A stretch of DNA of 34,680 nt from a virus (Duplodnaviria > Caudoviricetes), in the IMG/VR virus record IMGVR_UViG_3300036807_000101, positions 1 to 34,680 of that record. One strand, written 5' to 3'. A program made the position numbers and the translations under genes. The stretch's first letter is position 1. The number at the start of each line of letters is the position of its first letter. Of the stretch, positions 10,386-17,988 are shown in pieces. Under the pieces are notes generated by a model, which ran no database searches, was not told where the DNA came from, and saw only the letters and a program-made list of their open reading frames with translations.

Positions 10386-10793
10386 ATGAATCCTTTAATG
10401 CTAATAAAACCTTTACTTAGTTTAGGTGGTGGACTCTTTAATAATCCTATTGCTAAAATTATTGCAGAAAAAACTGTCGGAGCTATTACTCACAAACTAG
10501 AGAAGGATAAGATAATAAAAGCTAAAGAGATAGAAGCTGCTAAAGAAGTAGACATAGCTAAGATTAGTGTACAGTTAGAACAAGTAAAACAAACTGCAAA
10601 CTCATGGAAAGATGAGTGGTTGGTTCTTTTTTTTAGTGGCATTTTTTTAATGCATTTTTTACCGTGGACTCAAGGTTTCATGGTTACAGGTTGGGAGATA
10701 CTACAATCAGCTAATGATTACTTTTGGATTATTATACTTACTATTGTAGGTGGTAGCTTTGGAGTAACAACACTAAGCAAGTTTAAAAAATAA
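10386..10793 (+). CDS. Holin-like membrane protein
   Basis: SWKDEW motif followed by two hydrophobic segments and a basic C-terminus; adjacent to the endolysin. Confidence 0.7.
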   Translation: MNPLMLIKPLLSLGGGLFNNPIAKIIAEKTVGAITHKLEKDKIIKAKEIEAAKEVDIAKISVQLEQVKQTANSWKDEWLVLFFSGIFLMHFLPWTQGFMVTGWEILQSANDYFWIIILTIVGGSFGVTTLSKFKK

Positions 10794-11017
10794 TGGTATG
10801 GGTAATCACAGTCTTGCTAACCTACAACGTACCAGTCAGCATGCACACAGAATACAATCTAATTACATTTGATGATGACCAAGCATGCCATGCGTACATC
10901 GAGGATAACAAAGTTGAACTGATCGACAGCATGTTAGAAAAATTTAGAACCAGTGATGGATTAGAACTAAAATCATTCGAGTTTTATTGTGAAACAAAAT
11001 ATTTAGAGGAAGTATGA
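10793..11017 (+). CDS. Hypothetical protein with hydrophobic N-terminus and two Cys
   Basis: Coupled ORF (TAATG upstream, ATGA downstream). Confidence 0.6.
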   Translation: MVWVITVLLTYNVPVSMHTEYNLITFDDDQACHAYIEDNKVELIDSMLEKFRTSDGLELKSFEFYCETKYLEEV

Positions 11018-11718
11018 AAACAATATTAATACCAGCTGCACTATGCGTGGTTATGCTGTTAGCTTTCAGCTGTGTCATGGACTCAGCTATGGCTGACAAT
11101 GATGTAACATCTAGTGGAGCAACTGACATCGACCAGGCTAATAGTACAGGCAGCAACACGAGTATATCAGGTGGCTATAATAGTGAAGCTACCACAAACT
11201 ATCAATCAGGTTCATCAGCTAATACTACCAACACAACTAATAATACTACTAATGCATACACTGGTGACTCACGAGTAGTACCGAGTGCATCTAGTCCAGC
11301 TATCAGCTCAATGAGCCAAGACTTATGTACGGTTGGTATATCTGCTGGTGGTCAAACCTTTTCGTTTGGTGCAAGCCTGGGGTTTACCAAACGTGATCTT
11401 AATTGTGAACGACTTAAACTTGCTAAAGCTCTACACGACATGAACATGAAAGTAGCAGCTATTGCTATCATGTGCCAAGACAGCCGTGTCTTTGCAGCTA
11501 TGCATAGTGCTGGTACTTACTGCCCATACGATGGATCAATCGGTGCTGATGCTAAAGGTAAGTGGGAAAAGTACGGCAAGCTACGACCTGACTACGAGGA
11601 ATATGTTAAGACGCTACGCATTACCCAACAAATAGATAATGAAATATTAAAGGATATGGATGATGAACAGGTTGTTAATTTTAGTGGTGGTACTGTTAAG
11701 CTCGGCAACAATAAGTAA
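11014..11718 (+). CDS. Exported Cys-containing protein of unknown function
   Basis: GGAAG/GAGG RBS, signal peptide ending AMA, Thr/Asn-rich linker, then SQDLC...NCERLKL...MCQD.RV...AGTYCP domain. Confidence 0.75.
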   Translation: MKTILIPAALCVVMLLAFSCVMDSAMADNDVTSSGATDIDQANSTGSNTSISGGYNSEATTNYQSGSSANTTNTTNNTTNAYTGDSRVVPSASSPAISSMSQDLCTVGISAGGQTFSFGASLGFTKRDLNCERLKLAKALHDMNMKVAAIAIMCQDSRVFAAMHSAGTYCPYDGSIGADAKGKWEKYGKLRPDYEEYVKTLRITQQIDNEILKDMDDEQVVNFSGGTVKLGNNK

Positions 11719-13300
11719 AGCTGATACTGTCATTACAGTAACTGAAAATTTACCCAACCCTGGAGACACTTCTACTACTACCGTTACATACAATACTAGT
11801 TTTACTACTACTGGTAATTTAATTAGCCAGGACTTTACTGATGGTACTTGGTCTGGAACTAATCAAGCAACAAGACACGGCAATGGAACGATTGCTGGTG
11901 TACATGGTAGGTATGTAGAAACTGAGGTATCTCAAGCAGATGGTGGTTTAAGTAACAGTTTATCTGAAGGCTTTACATCTAAGTTAGCTGCTGACATTTG
12001 GTTTTGGAACAGTAATGAGCAATCAGTTATAATGAGCCAAGCCTACACTAATGATGTAGGTGAGACTACAACACAAACTAAAACAGTCTCAAGTAACGCT
12101 ACTACTGCCTATACTAACTACCAAGACATAATGATTATCGGTGCTAACACTAGTACCAATGGTTCTGTTAAAGTTAGATTTGATTTTACGCATGAGATAA
12201 CTAGTGGACACAGAGCTGCAGATATTAAGAATCCTGAATTGAGTCTTACTTATGGTACTACAACTAACTCATCATCAACTGCTATTGAATACTGCTGGCA
12301 GAAAACTCCCAGCACTTGTCCAGCAGCTGTCGAGGAAGTAGCAGAAACGATTGAAGTATTTGAAAATGATTTAATAAATATAATTGAATTTATAGAAACA
12401 CCTGAGATAGAGTTAGTTGCTGTACCTGATATAGTTTTTATACCTGAAGTGATAAAGGTTACAGAACCAACTGTAGAAATATACGAACCTGAACCAATGG
12501 CTATAGAGCCAGTACCAATAGAGATTAAGACTGAACCAATTGAGATAGTAGCTGATGTACCTATTGAGACAGCACCTACGGAAACATTTAATCAAGAAGA
12601 ATTTGTTGATGCATATAATACTGAAACAATTATGGAAGAGCCAGTTGAACCAGCTGCCGAACCTGAAGCTGTTGTTATGGATGAAGAGCCTGGTCCTGAA
12701 CCTGAAGAAGAAGTGGCTATGGTTGAACCAAAACCTGAACCTGATAATGGAGAAGTTGTTGGAGAAGAAACAATGCCCGTGCAAGAAGCAGAAGCTGTGC
12801 CAGTGCAAGAAGAAGAAGTCCAAGAAGAAACCATTAAAGAAGAAGAAGCTGTCGTTGAAGCCGAGCCACAAGAAGAAGTTGAAGAACCAGTGGAAGAAAA
12901 TACAGAACCTGAACGACAAGAAATAACTATAGATGTGGCAGCCGTAGAACAATCCATTGCAAATAAAATTAAAGATGAAACTTTAAGAGTGTCAGTTACA
13001 TTAGAAGTAGTTAATGAATTAGTCAGCCGAGCTATGATAGCTAACCAAGCTGACCTATCAAGCTATGCTACTATGAACGCAGCTCTGTTTGATAACCGAC
13101 AGCTGCCTGATGGCAACCCTGACTTCTTCAACCAGGTAGTCTTAGCTGGCTATGACAAAACGATCTATAACAACCAAGTATCATTAGGTGCTAATGATCC
13201 TATTACTAATCACAATATCGAGCTTAAAAAGGCTAGTGATGCGTCTTTAAAAGCATATCTAATTTATAAGGAGAAACTAAATGAACTCAATGGTATCTAA
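11660..13300 (+). CDS. Large exported protein with Glu/Pro-rich linker
   Basis: Signal peptide (MNRLLILVVVLLSSATISKA), Thr-rich beta-type N-domain, C..C motif, long acidic EP/EE region and helical C-terminal domain. Confidence 0.75.
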   Translation: MMNRLLILVVVLLSSATISKADTVITVTENLPNPGDTSTTTVTYNTSFTTTGNLISQDFTDGTWSGTNQATRHGNGTIAGVHGRYVETEVSQADGGLSNSLSEGFTSKLAADIWFWNSNEQSVIMSQAYTNDVGETTTQTKTVSSNATTAYTNYQDIMIIGANTSTNGSVKVRFDFTHEITSGHRAADIKNPELSLTYGTTTNSSSTAIEYCWQKTPSTCPAAVEEVAETIEVFENDLINIIEFIETPEIELVAVPDIVFIPEVIKVTEPTVEIYEPEPMAIEPVPIEIKTEPIEIVADVPIETAPTETFNQEEFVDAYNTETIMEEPVEPAAEPEAVVMDEEPGPEPEEEVAMVEPKPEPDNGEVVGEETMPVQEAEAVPVQEEEVQEETIKEEEAVVEAEPQEEVEEPVEENTEPERQEITIDVAAVEQSIANKIKDETLRVSVTLEVVNELVSRAMIANQADLSSYATMNAALFDNRQLPDGNPDFFNQVVLAGYDKTIYNNQVSLGANDPITNHNIELKKASDASLKAYLIYKEKLNELNGI

Positions 13301-13559
13301 ACTAACAGGCATAGCTGCCTTGACTGGTGTCGTATTAACTATTGGTGGTGTATTTATATCTATTGGTAGTTTTGAAGAACGACTAAGCCAAATGGAAAAC
13401 AAAGAATTTGTAGTTAATGAAACTGTAGATCTATCAAAGATCAATGCAGATATATCATTACTTAAAGAAACTGTAGGTGTTCAAGACAGCTATATTAAAT
13501 TTCTTGAGATGAGTATTAATGAACTAAAAGTTTCTCAGAATAATCCACTACTTAACTAA
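13281..13559 (+). CDS. Membrane-anchored coiled-coil protein
   Basis: AAGGAG RBS, N-terminal TM segment (GIAALTGVVLTIGGVFISIG), heptad pattern, C-terminal NNPLLN. Confidence 0.7.
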   Translation: MNSMVSKLTGIAALTGVVLTIGGVFISIGSFEERLSQMENKEFVVNETVDLSKINADISLLKETVGVQDSYIKFLEMSINELKVSQNNPLLN

Positions 13560-13744
13560 TGCGTAAAACCAAGGATGCTTTGCTTGGCAAATGCTCCGAG
13601 TGTGATAAAGAGATCTGGCGTAATGATAAAGGCTGGGTCATAGAAGAATATGATGGCATTTACAAACGCTATCTATGCCATGATGCTCGGCAAGAAACTT
13701 CATGCTTCACTGAGCATATACGATGTGACTACATTATTGATTAG
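13559..13744 (+). CDS. Small Cys/His protein, possibly zinc-binding
   Basis: TAATG coupling; CSEC...CH...C...H. Confidence 0.55.
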   Translation: MRKTKDALLGKCSECDKEIWRNDKGWVIEEYDGIYKRYLCHDARQETSCFTEHIRCDYIID

Positions 13745-13873
13745 TGATTCGTAACCAATGCTAAAAATGTATTATCATTATTCCTAAAAGGTAATATTTT
13801 TAAAAATAAATTTAATAAATCCGTACTTTTAGCCGTAGCCGCCAAATTAAGTAATTGTTTTTATTACTTAAAG

Positions 13874-13897
13874 TGGCGGGAGTGACGGGACTCGAAC
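13874..13897 (-). other. attP: attP core: 3' end of a tRNA, probably tRNA-Asp
   Basis: Reverse complement reads GTTCGAGT-CCCGT-CACTCCC-G-CCA (T-loop, T-stem 3' strand, acceptor 3' strand, G discriminator, CCA). It is GC-rich within AT-rich intergenic DNA next to the integrase. No 5' tRNA half is present. Confidence 0.88.
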
Positions 13898-14023
13898 ATT
13901 TTTAAATTCAAATAGTAACATTAATAAATCCCCTAAAACTCACATAAATTATTTATTCCACATAATTTATCACCTCACAAAAATCCCCAAAAACTAACAA
14001 ATATTATAATTATAATTTAGTAG

Positions 14024-14047
14024 CCGTACCCGTACCCGTACCCGTAC
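14024..14047 (+). repeat. (CCGTAC)x4 tandem repeat; related CCGTA(C/G) copies at 13821-13843. Candidate integrase arm or Xis sites
   Basis: Seen directly on both sides of the attP core. AAATCCCC(T/A)AAAACT also repeats at 13926-13940 and 13981-13995. Confidence 0.7.
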
Positions 14048-14124
14048 TTGTAATTATTCCTTTAAAGCACTATATTATTTGGAGTAACAAAAAGACTACA
14101 TTAAAGTCTAGAAAAGGAGATAAT

Positions 14125-14340
14125 GTGAACGACAATTTAAAAGAAATTAAGATTGATAATTTTAATAAAGGCTTGCACCGAGGTATCATGTTAAATGAAC
14201 CCTTGGGTTTTGCAAGTGTAGCTGAAAAGAACAGCTGGTATCAACAAGCATTGTCATTAAATAATGATGACAAAATTGTTATAATTAAGATGTTAAACAA
14301 CATTGGTTATGATCTTAAAAAAGTACGGGCTATATCATGA
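14125..14340 (+). CDS. Hypothetical protein coupled to integrase
   Basis: AAGGAG RBS, GTG start, ATGA overlap with int. Confidence 0.65.
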   Translation: MNDNLKEIKIDNFNKGLHRGIMLNEPLGFASVAEKNSWYQQALSLNNDDKIVIIKMLNNIGYDLKKVRAIS

Positions 14341-15527
14341 TTGGTGTACAAGGTCCTTTTGTAAAAGGTAAAAATCAGATCTATCGTGTGGTAACTCCAC
14401 ACGGTAGTAAACAGTTTAGTATTAATAAAGTTGGTGGTAAACGCCAGGCTAAGAAGTTAGCTCAAGATTATGCTAATGAATATAATGATGCAGCCGATAA
14501 CCAAACATCTCATTTATTAAATATGGGTGCAGATTATACTGTGGCTGACATCATTCGTATCTTTGAAGATCATTTTAAGCAGTTAGAAAATTTAGGTAAA
14601 AGAGCTGATACTTCACTAGCTGCATATAAAAATTTATTGAATAGAATTAAAACAACCAAGTACATAGATTTACCATACCAACACATAGCTGAGAAATATT
14701 TAGACTTAGAAGAATCTTTATACATAAATGGTTGGGGTCATGATGCTGTATCAAAAACTATGAAAGCTCTTAAGTATGCTTATCGTATTGCTACACCTAA
14801 AGGTATTACATCACCAATGGCTAGTTACATATTTGATAATGGAGCTTCTAATACTGATACTGATGAGGATATAAACGAAGTTATTATACCTACACAATTA
14901 GAACTAGAATCTATACTTAAAGTAACTAATCTTAAATGGCAGTTGTTTTACAAATTGGCAGCTACTACAGGCATGAGGGTATCTGAGTTACGAGGTTTAG
15001 CTTTTGATAATATAGACTTTGCTAATAATTTTATATTGGTCAGACAACAAGCAACACAGAATTGTAAGCTAACTACTAAACTTAAAACTAAAAAATCTAA
15101 TCGAGATATACCTTTACACCTAGGCTTAAAAAAATTGTTATTAGAGCTGCGTAATAATTTAAATATAGTGCCAAACATAGGTCATAACAGTCAAACTAAA
15201 GGTGTTAAAACTAACCTGGTGTTTCCATCAAGTGTAGGTACAGCTCATTCACGGCAGCATATTTGGAACGTGTTTGAGAAACATAAAGAAGCAGCTAGTG
15301 TAAACATTAAAGGGTCTATGCATTGCTTTAGACACATGTATGCATCAAATTTAATAGACTTCCACAAGCATGGTAAAATGAGTGTGCTAGAAATATCTAA
15401 TGCACTAGGTCATAGATCGTTTACATTTACAGAAGAAGTCTATGGACATTTAATATATCCACGATCAGAACGACAACAATTAGTTAATGATATATCTAAT
15501 GCCCAAAACTTTGCTTTTGCAAATTAG
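14337..15527 (+). CDS. int: Tyrosine integrase
   Basis: TGMRVSEL (R), LKTKKSNR (K), HCFRH, LGH and C-terminal Y (EEVYGH). The N-terminal KQFSINKVGGKRQAKKLA resembles an AP2-like arm-binding domain. Confidence 0.95.
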   Translation: MIGVQGPFVKGKNQIYRVVTPHGSKQFSINKVGGKRQAKKLAQDYANEYNDAADNQTSHLLNMGADYTVADIIRIFEDHFKQLENLGKRADTSLAAYKNLLNRIKTTKYIDLPYQHIAEKYLDLEESLYINGWGHDAVSKTMKALKYAYRIATPKGITSPMASYIFDNGASNTDTDEDINEVIIPTQLELESILKVTNLKWQLFYKLAATTGMRVSELRGLAFDNIDFANNFILVRQQATQNCKLTTKLKTKKSNRDIPLHLGLKKLLLELRNNLNIVPNIGHNSQTKGVKTNLVFPSSVGTAHSRQHIWNVFEKHKEAASVNIKGSMHCFRHMYASNLIDFHKHGKMSVLEISNALGHRSFTFTEEVYGHLIYPRSERQQLVNDISNAQNFAFAN

Positions 15528-15745
15528 GCTATTTTTTGGCTGTTTTGAGGGTATGCTACTGTGTCAGCTGCCCTCTTTTCTTGCATCCTCGTGGCTCTTA
15601 GAGCTTCTTTATTTGAGCAAGTTTGGCAAAATATACGTTCTATACCTCGATAGTCGTATTCCCAGGTAAACTTCTTGTGTGCTTTAAAGGGATTAAATCT
15701 ACGGTGACATAAGTCACATTCCAGATGACATTTTAAATTCTCCAT
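15524..15745 (-). CDS. Small zinc-finger protein
   Basis: CDLC...CQTC; last gene of the leftward operon, converging on int. Confidence 0.55.
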   Translation of the reverse strand: MENLKCHLECDLCHRRFNPFKAHKKFTWEYDYRGIERIFCQTCSNKEALRATRMQEKRAADTVAYPQNSQKIA

Positions 15746-16826
15746 CTTCAGCTTCCATAATTGCTTTTCCTATTTGATAGGCAATCTGTGGTACGATGGC
15801 ATTGCCTAGTCCTCTAAGTCGGTCCACCCTATTGGGTAGCCCATTAACCACTCGACCCACATTGGGTTCAGAGTCCCAATACCCTGAGATCTGACATTTG
15901 GATGATTGCCCAACATCTTCTGCATCTTGCCTGTCGGTTTCCCACATGCATCCTCGTTGGCTGTCGGTGTGGGCCACATCAAACTCTTTGCTACTGCTAC
16001 ATTCAAGTTTGATCCTGTTCTCCTCATCTGTGACGGACCAGCATTGTTCTTGCTGTCGTTGACTGTCGGTGTGGGCCAAAGTCTGGGTTCTTTCACTTGA
16101 TCTTGCAGTCTGATCTGTATGGGTTGACCACTTGGTCTTTTCAAATGGCCCTCGTCTAATGCTTTCTGTATTCCTGGTAGGTTGCTTCCTCCAGCTGCTG
16201 CGTCTGGTGTTCTCCACATTTCTTGTGGTTTCGGATATACCACTTGTTCCCTTAAAGTTGAATGTTCCGTTCTGCCTTGTCGGTTTTTCATATACTGTTT
16301 CTTCAATGCCACTTCCGATCTTGGTGGTAGAGAGTCCATTGTATTCGGAGTGAGCCACAATCCATGTTCGGTATCGTTGGTGGGGAGCGTTGACTGCTGA
16401 AGCTGGTATAATAAACGATTGGACTTCGTAACCTTGGCTCTCCAAGTCAAGGTACACTTGTTCGAGTACCATGCCGTCTGAGATGCTAACAATGTTTCTG
16501 ACATTCTCCCCAATGACCCACCGTGGTCTTGTTTCTTTAATAACTCTAAACATATCGGGCCAGAGATGTCTGTCGTCTTTGGTTGCTTTTTGTTTTCCAG
16601 CCACGCTAAAGGGTTGGCAAGGAAATCCACCAACAACAACATCTGCACCATACCCTTGGAATGTTTTGACATCGTCATGGATTGGTACTCCAGGAAAGTT
16701 CTTGGCTAATATTTTTTGACACCACTTCTCGTTCTCGACAAACTGTATTGTTTTGAAATATCCTGTACTTTGCAAACCTAATGCAAAGCCACCAATACCT
16801 GAAAATAAATCTATAACTTTTAGCAT
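15714..16826 (-). CDS. C5-cytosine DNA methyltransferase, catalytic (alpha) polypeptide lacking motif IX
   Basis: Motif I DLFSGIGG, IV GGFPCQPFS, VI ENV, VIII HQRYRTW and X LGNAIVP are present. No motif IX is visible in this frame. Confidence 0.93.
   Translation of the reverse strand: MLKVIDLFSGIGGFALGLQSTGYFKTIQFVENEKWCQKILAKNFPGVPIHDDVKTFQGYGADVVVGGFPCQPFSVAGKQKATKDDRHLWPDMFRVIKETRPRWVIGENVRNIVSISDGMVLEQVYLDLESQGYEVQSFIIPASAVNAPHQRYRTWIVAHSEYNGLSTTKIGSGIEETVYEKPTRQNGTFNFKGTSGISETTRNVENTRRSSWRKQPTRNTESIRRGPFEKTKWSTHTDQTARSSERTQTLAHTDSQRQQEQCWSVTDEENRIKLECSSSKEFDVAHTDSQRGCMWETDRQDAEDVGQSSKCQISGYWDSEPNVGRVVNGLPNRVDRLRGLGNAIVPQIAYQIGKAIMEAEDGEFKMSSGM
15806..16678 (-). CDS. Nested alternative-frame (beta-like) methyltransferase polypeptide with WxTP repeats and a motif IX-like C-terminus
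   Basis: 290 open codons wholly inside the MTase gene on the same strand. Contains WLTP, WRTP, WPTP, WPTP repeats and ends LNPMWVEWLMGYPIGWTD. True start uncertain. Confidence 0.75.
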   Translation of the reverse strand: MTMSKHSKGMVQMLLLVDFLANPLAWLENKKQPKTTDISGPICLELLKKQDHGGSLGRMSETLLASQTAWYSNKCTLTWRAKVTKSNRLLYQLQQSTLPTNDTEHGLWLTPNTMDSLPPRSEVALKKQYMKNRQGRTEHSTLREQVVYPKPQEMWRTPDAAAGGSNLPGIQKALDEGHLKRPSGQPIQIRLQDQVKEPRLWPTPTVNDSKNNAGPSQMRRTGSNLNVAVAKSLMWPTPTANEDACGKPTGKMQKMLGNHPNVRSQGIGTLNPMWVEWLMGYPIGWTDLED

Positions 16827-16829
16827 GCA

Positions 16830-17180
16830 TTACTTTTCTAAATATGGATCTTCAAATAACCTGTCAACGATAGCACCACGGATAGTTGTTGGCATACCAT
16901 CAACTCTGCGTAATACCCCTGATCTCATTTTAGCTAATGCATCACCAGGATTAGAATAGCATTGCAATCTAAAGGTAATGTCATCTGATAATTCTTTCAG
17001 CATCTCATGCATGTCAGTGCCATACTTTAGTTTAGGAAATAGTCTGATAACTCTTAGATCACCACTACGATCATACTGTGCATTTAAATACATACTGATG
17101 TTGTTGTAGATAAACTTAACTGTAATGCATGGTCGTTTGTTATCAGTAATATCAAACATATCAGGATCACTATTGCTCAT
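16830..17180 (-). CDS. Stand-alone domain resembling the class II ribonucleotide reductase C-terminal (TSCPD-like) domain
   Basis: RPCITVKF...MY...Y...G.L....K.GT.M....S..I..RLQ...DG.PTTIRGAIVD pattern; recognised by eye only. Confidence 0.5.
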   Translation of the reverse strand: MSNSDPDMFDITDNKRPCITVKFIYNNISMYLNAQYDRSGDLRVIRLFPKLKYGTDMHEMLKELSDDITFRLQCYSNPGDALAKMRSGVLRRVDGMPTTIRGAIVDRLFEDPYLEK

Positions 17181-17376
17181 TGATGACTACCGATCTTGAG
17201 TGGTTAGGTAGATACGTTATGTACTTACGTTTCTCTAACTGTCTAATTACATTGTGAACTTGGCTACGAGCTTTCCAGCTCATGTGTAAAGCTATTTCTT
17301 CATAGCTAGGTGAGTAGCTATTGTTAGCAATAAACTTCTTAATAAATTCTAAAACTTTTACTTGATTTGGTGTCAT
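17170..17376 (-). CDS. LexA-like N-terminal DNA-binding domain only
   Basis: MTPNQVKVLEFIKKFIANNSYSPSYEEIA...QLEKRKYI...SRS matches the LexA winged-HTH pattern; no peptidase domain. Confidence 0.8.
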   Translation of the reverse strand: MTPNQVKVLEFIKKFIANNSYSPSYEEIALHMSWKARSQVHNVIRQLEKRKYITYLPNHSRSVVINEQ

Positions 17377-17660
17377 TTGATTGGTTGTACCTTTTGCTTC
17401 TTCTCTTGATCTTCGAGCTTTTGTAAAATCTCTCCCATCAATGAGTAGTTAATAATGTCTAGCCAGTTATCTTTTATGTATGTGTGTCCTGACCTACTTA
17501 GTTTTTCTAATATAATTAGTTTGCAGATGGTTGAGCCTACAACCTTGATACCAAGTAAAGCTGCATACAGAGCTGCGGTCTTTTTAAATCTTGGTACAAA
17601 ATCACCGTACTGATTGTGCCGTTGTTTAAATATTTTTTCTGCTTCTTTTAATAAATCCAT
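17373..17660 (-). CDS. DUF6378-like protein
   Basis: L.EA.KI..QR..QYGD...KLSR...DNWLDIINY pattern. Confidence 0.65.
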   Translation of the reverse strand: MDLLKEAEKIFKQRHNQYGDFVPRFKKTAALYAALLGIKVVGSTICKLIILEKLSRSGHTYIKDNWLDIINYSLMGEILQKLEDQEKKQKVQPIK

Positions 17661-17675
17661 TTTATTCTTTCTTGC

Positions 17676-17714
17676 CTAACCCACGTTGAAAACAATTAGG
17701 GGAACGTGAGTTAG
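17676..17714 (-). other. Intergenic RNA hairpin after the SSB-like gene
   Basis: Minus strand CTAACTCACGTT-N15-AACGTGGGTTAG: a 12-bp stem with one G-U pair and no U tract. Confidence 0.55.
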
Positions 17715-17730
17715 ACTTTCCTTTAACCTC

Positions 17731-17988
17731 TTAAAAAGGAATCTTGTCATCTAGTTCATCTAGATCATTTTTTTGATAACCACCTGATGGTGCTGTTGAC
17801 TCCATCTTTGCCTGTATTGATACAGACAAGTGTGAGTTGCCACTTTTATCGTCTTGTTTCCAGGCAGAAGCTCTAAAGTTTTGATCTCCATTAACCGTTG
17901 CTGGTCCAGTGTAGGCTGGTGGATTAGATTTATATTTAGATGGATCTGCTGGGTACAACTTAATTGTTGCTACTTTTTCATTTGCCAT
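17731..17988 (-). CDS. Small single-stranded DNA-binding-like protein
   Basis: P.YTG...ASAW...LSVSI core and acidic C-terminal DDKIPF tail; follows the annealase gene. Confidence 0.75.
   Translation of the reverse strand: MANEKVATIKLYPADPSKYKSNPPAYTGPATVNGDQNFRASAWKQDDKSGNSHLSVSIQAKMESTAPSGGYQKNDLDELDDKIPF

Noticed and set aside
11014-11080. Lipoprotein (o-spanin) signal at LAFSC
   Set aside because: Not a canonical lipobox (A-F-S-C); an AMA signal peptidase I site follows. Left as an exported protein.
12413-12957. Three alternative-frame or antisense ORFs over the Glu/Pro-rich region (possible nested spanin)
   Set aside because: Expected shadows of repetitive GAA/CCA codons. The same-strand 123-aa ORF has no signal peptide or lipobox.
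13874-13897. Possible phage tRNA gene
   Set aside because: Only the 3' 24 nt are present; the sequence beyond the T-loop is AT-rich with no anticodon or D arm. Interpreted as the attP core.
16132-16959. Several plus-strand ORFs opposite the methyltransferase
   Set aside because: Short and motif-free; explained by stop depletion in a double-coded, more GC-rich region.
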